A DNA stretch of 26,512 bases from Candidatus Moanibacter sp. (GCA_965215885.1 CBDCEW010000021.1:1-26512); one strand, 5' to 3'; shown: positions 1-8,695, numbered from the stretch's first letter. Notes: generated by a model not told the origin, from the letters alone. Numbers and translations: made by a program.

Positions 1-1
1 C

Positions 2-237
2 GGTTTCAATGTATTGGCCACTTCCGAGCTCAATACTTTCCTTGAGAACAGCGGTTGCGGCAACGGCGTGCTGGATGCGTTTGACGAGAGTCTCGAGGCA
101 TCGGGAAACGATTGGGTGAATAACGAATTTTGTAATTCAGCCGGGATTCGGGGAAGCGGAAGCAGCGACGACGATGATGACGACGAGATGATGATGACGA
201 TGACGATGATGACGACGGAGATGATGACGACGACTAG
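2..237 (+). CDS. 3' end of a hypothetical protein with a poly-Asp tail (partial at window edge; 1-nt frameshift near 185)
   Basis: The frame is open from base 2 (GFNVLATSELNTFLE...GSGSSDDDDDD). The GAY repeat continues in the -1 frame (DDDDDDDDDDGDDDDD) to TAG at 235-237. Adding one G at 185 (GACGAGAT to GACGGAGAT, as in the later repeat unit) joins the two frames. Confidence 0.6.
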
Positions 238-290
238 CCGACAGGCACCACGACCCGACGCGCTGCAAACCGGATAACTGCTCTTGAATC

Positions 291-701
291 TCAGCCGGAG
301 CGTCTCAGTTCCGCTACCCCGAGTGGCACATTGAACTTCTCGCACCAAACCCATAGCAGGTCGTACTTTTTCGGGTCGATGGAAGCGGGAATGCTGTAGG
401 CCTGGATTCCTTCATCGGTCCTCAATTCTGAGAACTTTTTGAAGGCTCTTACTCCCTTTCGTCCAAAACCGAGCTTCGGATCCGGCGCCCCATCCAAGCT
501 GAAATCCTGCTCCAGAAGAACAACGTAACCATTATCCGTTTCGATCAACGTTACGCCGCCTGTTACTACGTGATTGCTGCGACCCTCAAACTTTCCCGTA
601 GCCGTTACCTGACTCCCGGCCTGTGCGGCAAGGGGTAAAAATGCAACAGCCAGGACGGCCAGTAACAGATGGCTGAACCCATTTGATCTTCCTATATGCA
701 T
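291..701 (-). CDS. Secreted DM13-domain protein
   Basis: N-terminal signal peptide (LLLAVLAVAFLPLAAQA) and DM13-type motifs DFSLDGAPDPK and WVWCEKFNVPLGVAEL. Confidence 0.85.
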   Translation of the reverse strand: MHIGRSNGFSHLLLAVLAVAFLPLAAQAGSQVTATGKFEGRSNHVVTGGVTLIETDNGYVVLLEQDFSLDGAPDPKLGFGRKGVRAFKKFSELRTDEGIQAYSIPASIDPKKYDLLWVWCEKFNVPLGVAELRRSG

Positions 702-846
702 CTCTCGTTTCCTTTCCTGATTCTGAGTTTCGGGGAGAAGCCGTATTCAATTTGCGCTTCTCCGGACTTTTGCAATCCTGCCTCCAATACCGACTACGGC
801 CGGCATACGTACCTCATTAGACTCGCCACCTTTCAAAACCTGACAA

Positions 847-864
847 TTGGGTAATATCACCCAA
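847..864. promoter_or_regulatory. Candidate transcription-factor operator upstream of the DM13 gene
   Basis: Near-perfect 18-bp palindrome TTGGGTAATATCACCCAA in an AT-richer intergenic stretch. Confidence 0.35.
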
Positions 865-947
865 AGTTCGCAATTTACATTTCGCTCCCGATTCGAAGGG
901 TTTCCTCATCCTATCAAGGATGAGGCGTGATTGCGATGACGGTGATT

Positions 948-971
948 ATCGGCCGCGAGCGGCCCTCCTAC
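948..971 (-). repeat. Single GTAG-type REP
   Basis: The minus strand reads GTAGGAGGGCCGCTCGCGGCCGAT, closely similar to GTAGGAAGGCCGCTTGCGGCCGAA at 24704-24727. Confidence 0.7.
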
Positions 972-1101
972 GCCTCTCGGTGGATCGATCGCCGTATTAC
1001 GTTTTCTCAATAGCGGGACCGCTTCCGATTCAGCTCTACCTCACGCGACCTGGTATGAACCTGAACTTTCAACTGGAATTAGATACCAAGCCTGATATAA
1101 G

Positions 1102-1724
1102 CTACATGGGATCACCCCGCTTAACGAGCATCTTCCCGATATTATCGCCTCGAAAGAGCCCGATAAAAGCGTCCGGCGCATTATCCAGACCGTGCAAGAC
1201 TGTCTCTTTCCATTTTATTTTCCCCTCGCTGATCCAGGTTGCCATCTGGTCCGCAAACTCGTCCTTCAACGAGAGGTGGTCCCGCACAAAAAATCCCTCC
1301 ATGCGGATCCGTTTTCTCACGATATGCATGAGAATCCCGGAGCCCCCATAACACCGAGGTAAGACTGGAGCGGAATCGACCCGGGCTCTAAAACCTCGAG
1401 ATCGCTACCGTCGGATATAAAGCAGTCGCGCCATCCACTGGAATGGCGCACCAGCGTCCCCTCCGAAAAACGGGGATTGTGACTCTCCGCAACCCGGCCG
1501 ACCGCTCTCCCATCCATCCGTTCGCCTGGGACGAAGGGTTGGATATAGCTCTTGCTTGGGGTCATGCGCCCGCGCATGTAGGGATCGACCGACATCCAGA
1601 GGTTTCTCACAAGCACCTCCCCCGACCTCGGTTCATTGACCGTCGTCTCAACGATCTCGAAATCGTCGAGGCAGGGCATGCCTTCGGGGTAACGCTTCAG
1701 ATGGACTTCGCGTGAGATTGTCAT
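1102..1724 (-). pseudogene. NADP-dependent oxidoreductase (MDR, CurA/YncB/PTGR1-like) with internal deletion and frameshift
   Basis: The N-part from ATG 1724 (SVDPYMRGRM...YLGVMGAPGF) joins out of frame near 1330 to the C-part (RIRMEGFFV...GLDNAPDAFIGLFRGDNIGKMLV). The nucleotide-binding segment with the AxxGxVG motif is absent. Confidence 0.85.
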
Positions 1725-1930
1725 GAATGCAGGCGGTTTTCTCTCCGAATTATCGTCCCATCTGATACTACAACTAGCCGGGACATTCAAACCCTTTGGT
1801 GTTGCTGAATCAGAATTTCCTGGATGGCGACTCCTTGCGCCTCCTCATCCCCAAGCCCGAAGTCGCGGAAATAAGGAAACAGGGTTATACAGGCGCCCTC
1901 GGCCAGATCACCCACCGCTTCACTTTCACG

Positions 1931-1959
1931 TTGCCATTTCGTTTACGCGTGCGCAGGAT
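1931..1959 (+). promoter_or_regulatory. Putative sigma70 promoter of hicBA
   Basis: TTGCCA (1931-1936), 17 bp, CAGGAT (1954-1959), then 6 nt to ATG 1966. Confidence 0.4.
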
Positions 1960-1965
1960 CAAGAG

Positions 1966-2172
1966 ATGAAGTTTACGGTAACTCTTGAGCGCGATGAAGA
2001 TGCGGTGTGGGTGGCGGAGTGCCCTTCCATTCCCGGTTGCGTCAGCCAAGGTAAGAGCAAATCGGAGGCCTTGAAGAACATCCGGGAGGCGATCCAGGCG
2101 TGCCTTGAAGTTCGCGCCGAACGCGGCCTGCCGCTGACTGTGGAGACCCGTGAGGTTGAAATCGCTCTCTGA
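1966..2172 (+). CDS. hicB: HicB-family antitoxin (short form, no C-terminal DNA-binding domain)
   Basis: MKFTVTLERDEDAVWVAECPSIPGCVSQGKSKSEALKNIREAI is a classic HicB partial RNase H fold, 68 aa. TGATG overlap with hicA. Confidence 0.92.
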   Translation: MKFTVTLERDEDAVWVAECPSIPGCVSQGKSKSEALKNIREAIQACLEVRAERGLPLTVETREVEIAL

Positions 2173-2402
2173 TGGCGAGGCTGCCTCGGATCAGCGGCCG
2201 ACAGGCCATCCGCGCCTTCGAACGCTTGGGGTGGACAATTGCCCGGCCAAAACGAGGGAAAGGTAGTCATGTCATCCTCGTAAAAGAAGATTCCATATCA
2301 ACCTTGTCTGTGCCGGATCATAAGGAAATCGCCAAAGGAACACTCCGAAGCCTCATTCGGTCGGCCGGCCTTACCGTGGATGAATTTGTTGACGCTGTGT
2401 AG
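2172..2402 (+). CDS. hicA: HicA-family mRNase toxin
   Basis: 76 aa, with KGSH catalytic His, VPDHKEIAKGTLRSLIRSAGL, and translational coupling to hicB. Confidence 0.92.
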   Translation: MARLPRISGRQAIRAFERLGWTIARPKRGKGSHVILVKEDSISTLSVPDHKEIAKGTLRSLIRSAGLTVDEFVDAV

Positions 2403-2464
2403 CGCTGAGGAAGCGGTGGATTATTCGCCGCTGACATCGCAGGAAGGCCGACAGTCTCGGTGAC

Positions 2465-3478
2465 CTACCCAAGCAGACCCTTCAGCCTCGCCGACAGATT
2501 TCTTCCCATTTCAATCATGGCGTTGTCAGAGGGGTGAATCAGGTCACCGGTCAGTCCTCCGATATTCGTCAGCACCTCAGTCCCTTCGATGAGGTGGACA
2601 TTGGGATGCGGGCATGCAGCCACGACATCTCGCAGAGATTGGCGATACTCGTCAGGGGTGCCGCCATATTGCGCCTCCTCATCACCAATCCCGAAATCAC
2701 GGAAATAAGGGTAGAGAGTGATGCAGGCAACCGGCCGCCTCGTATCGGCTCCAGCAACGGTGTTGACCATGTATTCGACACGCTTCCGGAACTCATCAAG
2801 TGGGAATCCCTGCATGTTCACGGACAAGGCAAGGCTAGCGATGTCCCAGTCGCTTCGATTGCCAATGTAGTCGGCAAAGGCCGCCTCGCAATGGCACGCG
2901 CCCCCGACGCCGAGGTTGACGAGGTCGGCTCCCAGATGCCATGCCGTCTGCGCGACGTAACTCAGATGCGGTCCCTCGCAATCGAATCCATGCGTAATAC
3001 TGGTGCCATAGGCCAGGTACCTGAGCGCCGGCACTTCATCAGGACGCGGCTGCCGAATCCCCCTGCCCTCGACCCCATGCAGGATCACGGGATCGCGGCG
3101 ACGACTACCGAAGATGACCCGCCGGACCCCCGGAGAAAACGGTTGGTTATCCCACCAACACCGGTCGAGTTTCCGAAGCCGGTCCGGTGGTGAAAGGCGT
3201 ATCGTGACAGGCTCCGGTCCGACAAGATGTCGTTCCCGGCCGTCAAAAGTGCCGTAAAATATCGTGACGTCGGATTCTCCCTCTGACGAAAGCGTCACCT
3301 CGGATTCCGAGGAGTCGCTGACAAATCGGATCTCGCAATTGTCCGGCTGCAGCACCCGCATCTGCGCCGCTTCGTTCAGTTCCCTCCGCACCATCTCCGG
3401 AACCCGCTGCAGGCGCGCGCCACCACCGACCCGTTGGGTTTCGGCGACGTTTTGCAATTCAACATTCTCGTAGATCAT
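2465..3478 (-). CDS. SGNH/GDSL-family hydrolase (esterase) with N-terminal extension
   Basis: YGTSITHG (block I), NLGVGG (block II), SVN (block III), DLIHP (block V). GGAG RBS. Confidence 0.85.
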   Translation of the reverse strand: MIYENVELQNVAETQRVGGGARLQRVPEMVRRELNEAAQMRVLQPDNCEIRFVSDSSESEVTLSSEGESDVTIFYGTFDGRERHLVGPEPVTIRLSPPDRLRKLDRCWWDNQPFSPGVRRVIFGSRRRDPVILHGVEGRGIRQPRPDEVPALRYLAYGTSITHGFDCEGPHLSYVAQTAWHLGADLVNLGVGGACHCEAAFADYIGNRSDWDIASLALSVNMQGFPLDEFRKRVEYMVNTVAGADTRRPVACITLYPYFRDFGIGDEEAQYGGTPDEYRQSLRDVVAACPHPNVHLIEGTEVLTNIGGLTGDLIHPSDNAMIEMGRNLSARLKGLLG

Positions 3479-3504
3479 CTTTTTCTCCCTAAAGCCCTCG
3501 AATA

Positions 3505-3771
3505 TTATTCGCCCCTGCTTTCTAACCTTTCGTATACCTCTTTTTCGGTCAGACCGCTGATCTCAACGACTTTTTTCGGCGTCGTATCACCCGCCACAAT
3601 TTTTACAGCAGTCCTTGGTACCTGAAGTGAATCTGCCAGAATCTTTTTCACCGCTGCATTCGCTTTACCTCGTTCTGCCGCTGCCGTTACGCGAATTTTC
3701 AGATTCTCACCAAGCCAGCCCGAAATCTCAGTCTTCGAAGCTCCCGGAACGACCTTAAGGCGGAGTTTCAT
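3505..3771 (-). CDS. yggU: DUF167/UPF0235 (YggU-like) protein
   Basis: LKVVPGASKTEI...LKIRVTAAAERGKANAAV...IVAGDTTPKKVVEI. Confidence 0.88.
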   Translation of the reverse strand: MKLRLKVVPGASKTEISGWLGENLKIRVTAAAERGKANAAVKKILADSLQVPRTAVKIVAGDTTPKKVVEISGLTEKEVYERLESRGE

Positions 3772-3857
3772 GACTAAAGTCTGACTTCGATGAAAAAATC
3801 CTCGTTTCTAACACCACAACCACTTTCTAAACCGGAAATTTGGGCAAAATTTCCGGA

Positions 3858-3893
3858 CTAGGAATATGTCGGACACTAAGTCCGACATATTCC
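3858..3893. repeat. Fused inverted-repeat pair, probable IS-end remnant
   Basis: GGAATATGTCGGAC-ACTAA-GTCCGACATATTCC (perfect 14-bp arms) preceded by CTA. The same motif recurs at 4761-4775 and 25722-25751. Confidence 0.6.
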
Positions 3894-3899
3894 CCTCCC

Positions 3900-4718
3900 C
3901 TAATACTGGGCCAGACCTCCGCTGTTATTCACTGTGGTTAAAGTCCAGTTATGCATCTTTGGATCCGAGGCCAGCGAAACGAGTTCGGCGATTTCGTCCC
4001 CCTCAACGAGCACGCCGCTGAACATCGCTGCTTTCATTTTTTCGATGTCCTCCTCCTGCCAACTCTTAAAGAGTCCGGGCGTGTTTCCAGGGCCGGGGCA
4101 GATCGCGAGGGCGCGGATGCCGTGTTCTTCTTGGTATTCGCGACAGATCTGCCACGCCAGCTTGATGACCGCTGCCTTTGTTTCGGTATAGTCGACAGCA
4201 CAGACCTGAGCTGCTTTCAGGCCCGAATCCGACGCAATGAAAGTAACGACGCCACCTTTTCCGGCATTTTTCATGAGCTGGATGCCGTACTTGGAGACGA
4301 AGGTCGGGCCAAACAGGTTCACGTCGACTGTTCTTTGGAAATCCTCGGCGGTCAACTTATCCATTGGGCGAACGGGTATGATGCCGGCGTTGTTGCAAAG
4401 GGCATCGAGTCTCCCCTTTTCCGTGGCGACAGTGTCGATCGCTTCTTCAATCTGCACTTCGTCGGTGACGTCCAGCGCCAACGCCTTCGCGTTTCCACCG
4501 TAGGTCCTGATCTCTTCAGCGGCACGTTCGGCGTCGGCCCGAACCGCATCGGTCACGTAGACGAAGTACTCATCGACGAGTCCGAGCCGAAGGCAAATTG
4601 CGGCTCCGAAACCGAGAGGTGTGCCCGGTTCCGCACCGTCGTGCATTCCACCCCCAGTGACCAAGGCCACCCTGCCTTTCCCTCGTGGACTATCCTTGAA
4701 CCATCGTGACTCCAGCAT
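3900..4718 (-). CDS. SDR-family oxidoreductase (atypical Gly-rich loop)
   Basis: VALVTGGG...GFGAAI, NNAG, ASDSG, YTETK, ICPG. Confidence 0.85.
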   Translation of the reverse strand: MLESRWFKDSPRGKGRVALVTGGGMHDGAEPGTPLGFGAAICLRLGLVDEYFVYVTDAVRADAERAAEEIRTYGGNAKALALDVTDEVQIEEAIDTVATEKGRLDALCNNAGIIPVRPMDKLTAEDFQRTVDVNLFGPTFVSKYGIQLMKNAGKGGVVTFIASDSGLKAAQVCAVDYTETKAAVIKLAWQICREYQEEHGIRALAICPGPGNTPGLFKSWQEEDIEKMKAAMFSGVLVEGDEIAELVSLASDPKMHNWTLTTVNNSGGLAQY

Positions 4719-4822
4719 GTTGAAGCTCCCTCACTTTCTGTCGTATTCCACAGATACCACCTAGGAATCTGTCGGCAAAGGAATAGAAGCAGATTACCCG
4801 GCCGAAGCAAGAAATTGACGCA

Positions 4823-4851
4823 TTGTATTGCGAATTGTCTTCGTCTATAAT
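4823..4851 (+). promoter_or_regulatory. Putative sigma70 promoter of the epimerase gene
   Basis: TTGTAT (4823-4828), 17 bp, perfect TATAAT (4846-4851). Confidence 0.55.
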
Positions 4852-4953
4852 TCTGACAACACTAACCCGATAACAGGAAGAACTCACCAGCAGAGGCAGG
4901 ATAGCCACTGAATTTTCAGGGGGTGCGCACTCTGCATTTCTAATTCTCCAACC

Positions 4954-5859
4954 ATGAAAAGATCCAACCCACCCAGTGGCTTGTCGGTGCTTCCCGGCTT
5001 CATGTCTAGCCATGTACCGCAGGCGAGCAAGGGGCCCTTCATCTGCCGATACCTATCGGTCGATGCTATAAATGGTGCCCTCGAATTCGGCGCGGAGATG
5101 AATGTCTCAGTAGTCGATCTGCTGCTTTCTTCAGCAGCGGGACTCGACCCCGATGCTCTGAACCGGCAATACCGGGAGCGAAATCTCCAGATCCGCGCGA
5201 TCGGTACCGGCGGCATCGCCGCTGACCAGCAACTCTTCTTCACCCACCCGGATGCTGGCCATCGCCGCAGCGCAGTGGATGCGGCAACCGAACTCGTGGA
5301 ACTCGGCGCTCAACTCGGAGGCGGCGTCCCCGCGATCATCGGTTCCATACAGGGCATGCGCTTTACCAGTTCTACCAAAATGACTCCCGATGGTAGAGAG
5401 TGGCCTCGCCTCGAGAAAGCCCACCAATACCTGGGTGAATGTCTCCGGGAGGTTGCAATTCGGGCGAGTAAACTCGGCGTGCCGTTGGTCTACGAAGTGC
5501 TGAATTGCGGCGAGAGCAATCTGTTCCCGACCCTTGCAATGGCGGACGACTTCGTTCAGTCGCTCGGCTGTGACGCCATTGTGCTCCTCCTCGATTCCTA
5601 CCACTGGCTTTGTGAAGGGTGGACGGTGGCGATGGTCAAGGCTTTAAAGACCAGGATTGGATACGCCCACATCGTTGGTCACAACCGTGCTCCTGCCGAC
5701 ATCGGGAGTCCTGAAAGCGGTCGTCTATCCGAGTTTGCCGCAGCCCTGCAGGCGGTCGACTACCGTGGCGCGGTGATTGCCGAATGCAATCCGGAACCGG
5801 ATCCAAAAATCGCTATGGAGAAGACCATGGCGTGGATTCAGCATCACTTCCGGGAATAA
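4954..5859 (+). CDS. Sugar phosphate isomerase/epimerase (xylose isomerase-like TIM barrel; ketose 3-epimerase-like); start uncertain
   Basis: Metal and catalytic pattern YEVLNxxE, LLDSYH, YAHI, HNRAP, IAEC, plus IIGSIQG. Confidence 0.8.
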   Translation: MKRSNPPSGLSVLPGFMSSHVPQASKGPFICRYLSVDAINGALEFGAEMNVSVVDLLLSSAAGLDPDALNRQYRERNLQIRAIGTGGIAADQQLFFTHPDAGHRRSAVDAATELVELGAQLGGGVPAIIGSIQGMRFTSSTKMTPDGREWPRLEKAHQYLGECLREVAIRASKLGVPLVYEVLNCGESNLFPTLAMADDFVQSLGCDAIVLLLDSYHWLCEGWTVAMVKALKTRIGYAHIVGHNRAPADIGSPESGRLSEFAAALQAVDYRGAVIAECNPEPDPKIAMEKTMAWIQHHFRE

Positions 5860-5936
5860 CGAAGCCCGAGCGTTTCGTAGTGCGGGAGAGCGAGAACGGC
5901 AACGGATTAAAGCACAGCAACGGATAAGCGGCAGGG

Positions 5937-6014
5937 AAGTGGGACAGGCTTCCAGCCTGTCAAGAGCCGTGAAAGGTATCCGGACTTTAAACAGGCTGGA
6001 AGCCTGTCCCACTT
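5937..6014. repeat. REP doublet (REPIN), GTGG type, copy 1
   Basis: Perfect 24-bp inverted arms AAGTGGGACAGGCTTCCAGCCTGT (5937-5960 and 5991-6014) around a 30-nt spacer. Each arm contains the hairpin ACAGGC-TTCCA-GCCTGT. Confidence 0.9.
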
Positions 6015-6130
6015 TGGCAATTTCCATAAAACTCAAACGTTAGGAACCACAAGTAATCCCGCATCCACATTGAGGTATTAAGCCAGGAGCCAGCATCTTC
6101 ATTAAGGGCAACCCAGATACGATCCAGCAT
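5987..6130 (-). pseudogene. Possible truncated gene start downstream of the sulfatase
   Basis: GGAG-type RBS, then MLDRIWVALNEDAGSWLNTSMWMRDYLW..., which runs into the REP arm. Confidence 0.3.
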
Positions 6131-6150
6131 CCTGGCTCCTGTCTCCCAAA

Positions 6151-6307
6151 TCACGCCCCTGCGATACGCGGCATCCGGGTCGGTTCGCGTTGCATCTCTG
6201 CCTGAACGCATTTGTGAAGTAGTTCGGCCTTGACCACTCGATAGGCCGGATCTTCCCACCGGTTGCGCAGTTCCTGTGGAGCAGGTCCTCGCCATAGTTA
6301 GGCTGGC
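6151..6307 (-). pseudogene. Detached C-terminus of the sulfatase, beyond IS66
   Basis: NYGE then, after a frame change, PQELRNRWEDPAYRVVKAELLHKCVQAEMQREPTRMPRIAGA-stop, which fits a sulfatase C-terminal GELxDLxxDPxExxN region. Confidence 0.8.
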
Positions 6308-6366
6308 GTAAGCGACCGGGCAACGACCTTGTAGCGCAAAGATGCCGACCGTGATATGATTATGGG

Positions 6367-6732
6367 ATGGGAGAAAAAACGAGAGGGCGGACACGGTCGA
6401 AGCGAATCGTTCGACGAAGTCGGCAGGAGCGCAGGCGACTGATAAGCGCATACCGTCGCAGCAATCAGACGCAGAGGGCGTTTGCCCAGCGGCACGGTAT
6501 CAAGTATATGACCTTTATGGGATGGCTGCGCAAGGACCGGGCCGGGCACAGAAGCAGCGGGGTAAAATCGGCGGGGGCGCGGTTTGCCGAAGTTACGGTG
6601 CAGAGCAGCGCGGTCACGGAGGATCGGATCGAGATCGTCTTAGGGGACCCGATACGGGTGGAGGTGGACTGCGGTGTTGCGGTGGAACAAGTGGCGAGTC
6701 TGGTGAAGGCGTTGAGGGAATCGGGATGCTGA
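6367..6732 (+). CDS. tnpA: IS66 accessory protein TnpA (HTH)
   Basis: LISAYRRSNQTQRAFAQRHGIKYMTFMGW...FAEV...IEIVL; overlaps the tnpB start. Confidence 0.85.
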   Translation: MGEKTRGRTRSKRIVRRSRQERRRLISAYRRSNQTQRAFAQRHGIKYMTFMGWLRKDRAGHRSSGVKSAGARFAEVTVQSSAVTEDRIEIVLGDPIRVEVDCGVAVEQVASLVKALRESGC

Positions 6733-7097
6733 GCTTACCGGGAACGATGAAGGTTTTCCTGGCCGTGGGAGTAACGGATCTGCGAAAGAGCTTTAATGGT
6801 CTCTACGCCCTGGCGGCCAATCAGCTCAAGGAAGACCCGTTGAGCGGAGCGGACTTTGTCTTCTGCAATCGCAGCCGGGACCGGGTCAAGATTCTGTATT
6901 GGGACGGCACGGGGTTATGGGTTTTCGCAAAGCGATTAGAGAAGGGTCGGTTCAGCTGGCCGCAGGGAGTGGACTTGAAAGATCAGAAGCTTCCATTGCG
7001 CCCTGAAGCGTTGAGCATGCTCTTGAACGGGATCGACCTGAGGGAGGGAAGATGCGGCCCTGGTATCAGCGTTAGGTCAAAAAAAGTGATTTTTTGA
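6726..7097 (+). CDS. tnpB: IS66 accessory protein TnpB (1-nt loss near the 3' end; native end probably ...KMRPWYQR, TAG 7073-7075)
   Basis: TDLRKSFNGL, FVFCNRSRDRVKILYWDGTGLWVFAKRLEKGRFSWP. Confidence 0.92.
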   Translation: MLSLPGTMKVFLAVGVTDLRKSFNGLYALAANQLKEDPLSGADFVFCNRSRDRVKILYWDGTGLWVFAKRLEKGRFSWPQGVDLKDQKLPLRPEALSMLLNGIDLREGRCGPGISVRSKKVIF

Positions 7098-7142
7098 AAA
7101 AAGTAGTGCTTTTCTTATTACCGTTAGTTTAGTATTGTTTTC

Positions 7143-8631
7143 ATGCCTGAAGTCGAAACAGAGCTGGAGCAACTCCGAGAGGAGAATCGGCTTTTACGTC
7201 AAGATCGGCTGGCTCATTAAGCGCTACTTTGGAGGCAACCAAAGCGAGCGGATCGATCCGGGACAGCTGGAATTGCTCCTGGCCGGGCTGGAGCAGGCCG
7301 AGGAAAACAAACCCGCTGAGCAAACGGCAGAGCCACCACCCGAGCCGAAGGCGCGCAAAGGAGCTGGGGCGAGGCGACAGCGTCTGCCCGAGCACCTGGA
7401 AGTCGAAGAGATCGTAATCGAACCCGAAGCGGTGAAGGTTGAACCGCAAAAGTGGCGGTTGATCGGTGAGGAAGTCACTGAAGAGTTAGATTTGCTCCCG
7501 GCCCGATTTATCAGGCGGCGCTATATACGGCGCAAATATGTATCTCGCGAAAAGCCCCAGGAACCTCCCGTGCTGGCGCCATTACCATCGCGGCTGATTG
7601 AAAAAGGGATCCCTGGAGTGGGGCTTTTGGTGCACATATTACTGAGCAAATACGTCGATCACCTGCCGTTGTATCGGCAGGAGAAGATTTTCCGGGAACG
7701 CTACGGAGTAAGGGTGGCGCGCCAGAGCATGCTCGATTGGATCCACCAGGTAGCGCAATGGCTAAAACCCATCTACAACTACATGTGCTTACAATTGTTC
7801 GAGGGCGGTTACATCCAGGCGGACGAAACGCCCATCCGCTACCGATCCGGACGCAGGCAAGAAAGAGGGCTGCAGGAAAGGATACCTGGGGGTCTACGGG
7901 CGACCCGGCGGCGAGGTGCTCTACGACTGGCACACAGGCCGTGGGGTAAAATGTCTCGAGCAGTTCCTCAACGGATACGAAGGGTTGCTCCAAACCGACG
8001 GTTACGCAGCCTATGGCAGTTTCGCCCGGGAGCATAACGGGATTACCCTGTTTGGGTGCTGGGCACACCTGCGACGCAAATTTGTGGAGGCGATGGATGA
8101 GAATCCGAAGCTGGCCGGCTGGGTGGTGCGGCAGATCCACAATCTCTACAGAGACGAGCGCCCTCTGCGCGAACAGCGGGCCGGTCCCGCCTTGCGCGAA
8201 GCCTACCGGAAAAGCCATGGTCGGATGATCGTGGAACGCTTGGGCAAAGCCTTGCCTATACTCAAACGGCGGGCCTTGCCGCGGAGCAAAATGGGTGAAG
8301 CCGTTGAGTATGCTCTGAACCAGTGGGAATCACTCAAGCGCTACCTCGAGCATGGCAAGGTTGAAATCGACAATAACCTCATTGAGAATGCTATCCGGCC
8401 GACCGCCCTGGGAAAGAAAACTGGATGTTCATCGGCCACCCCAAGGCCGGTTGGAGAAGCGCCGTAATTTACTCGATCATTGAGAGTTGCCGGCGGCACG
8501 CAATTGAACCATCCGCTTACCTCACTGACGTCCTCAAAAGATTGCCGGACATGAACATCACCGAGATCGCCGAACTCGCTCCGGCGAATTGGAAGCCGAC
8601 CCGAACAGGCGAACCGCTCGCAGCCTCTTGA
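7143..8631 (+). pseudogene. tnpC: IS66 transposase TnpC with three frameshifts (near 7200, 7841 and 8418)
   Basis: Fragments MPEVETELEQLREENRLLRQ / KYVDHLPLYRQ...QADETP / LQTDGYAAY, CWAHLRRKF, IDNNLIENAIRP / SIIESCRRHAIEPSAYLTDVL lie in different frames. Confidence 0.92.
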
Positions 8632-8695
8632 ACCCGGACACTGCCAGGATCCTCGCGCATGCCGCGATCCATAGGGCAGTTCACCGGTCGTTTAC

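Larger units (their letters stand above)
6308..8695 (+). mobile_element. IS66-family insertion sequence (decayed)
   Basis: TIRs GTAAGCGACCGGGCAAC and (rc) GTAAACGACCGGTGAAC. 8-bp TSD AGGCTGGC (6300-6307) / AGCCTGGC (8696-8703), 7/8 identical. tnpA-tnpB-tnpC order. Confidence 0.95.

Noticed and set aside
1723..1965. N-terminal extension of HicB in the ORF track
   Set aside because: HicB similarity begins at ATG 1966, and the extension covers a divergent promoter region.
4858..4953. Riboswitch in the epimerase leader (GCAGAG/CTCTGC stem, TTTCAGG)
   Set aside because: Only short pairings are present, and the conserved cores of glycine, SAM or lysine switches are not complete. An Rfam scan would settle it.
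5937..6014. Mini-CRISPR (24-bp repeats with a 30-nt spacer)
   Set aside because: The repeats are inverted rather than direct, there are only two units, the spacers are homologous between copies, and no cas genes are present.
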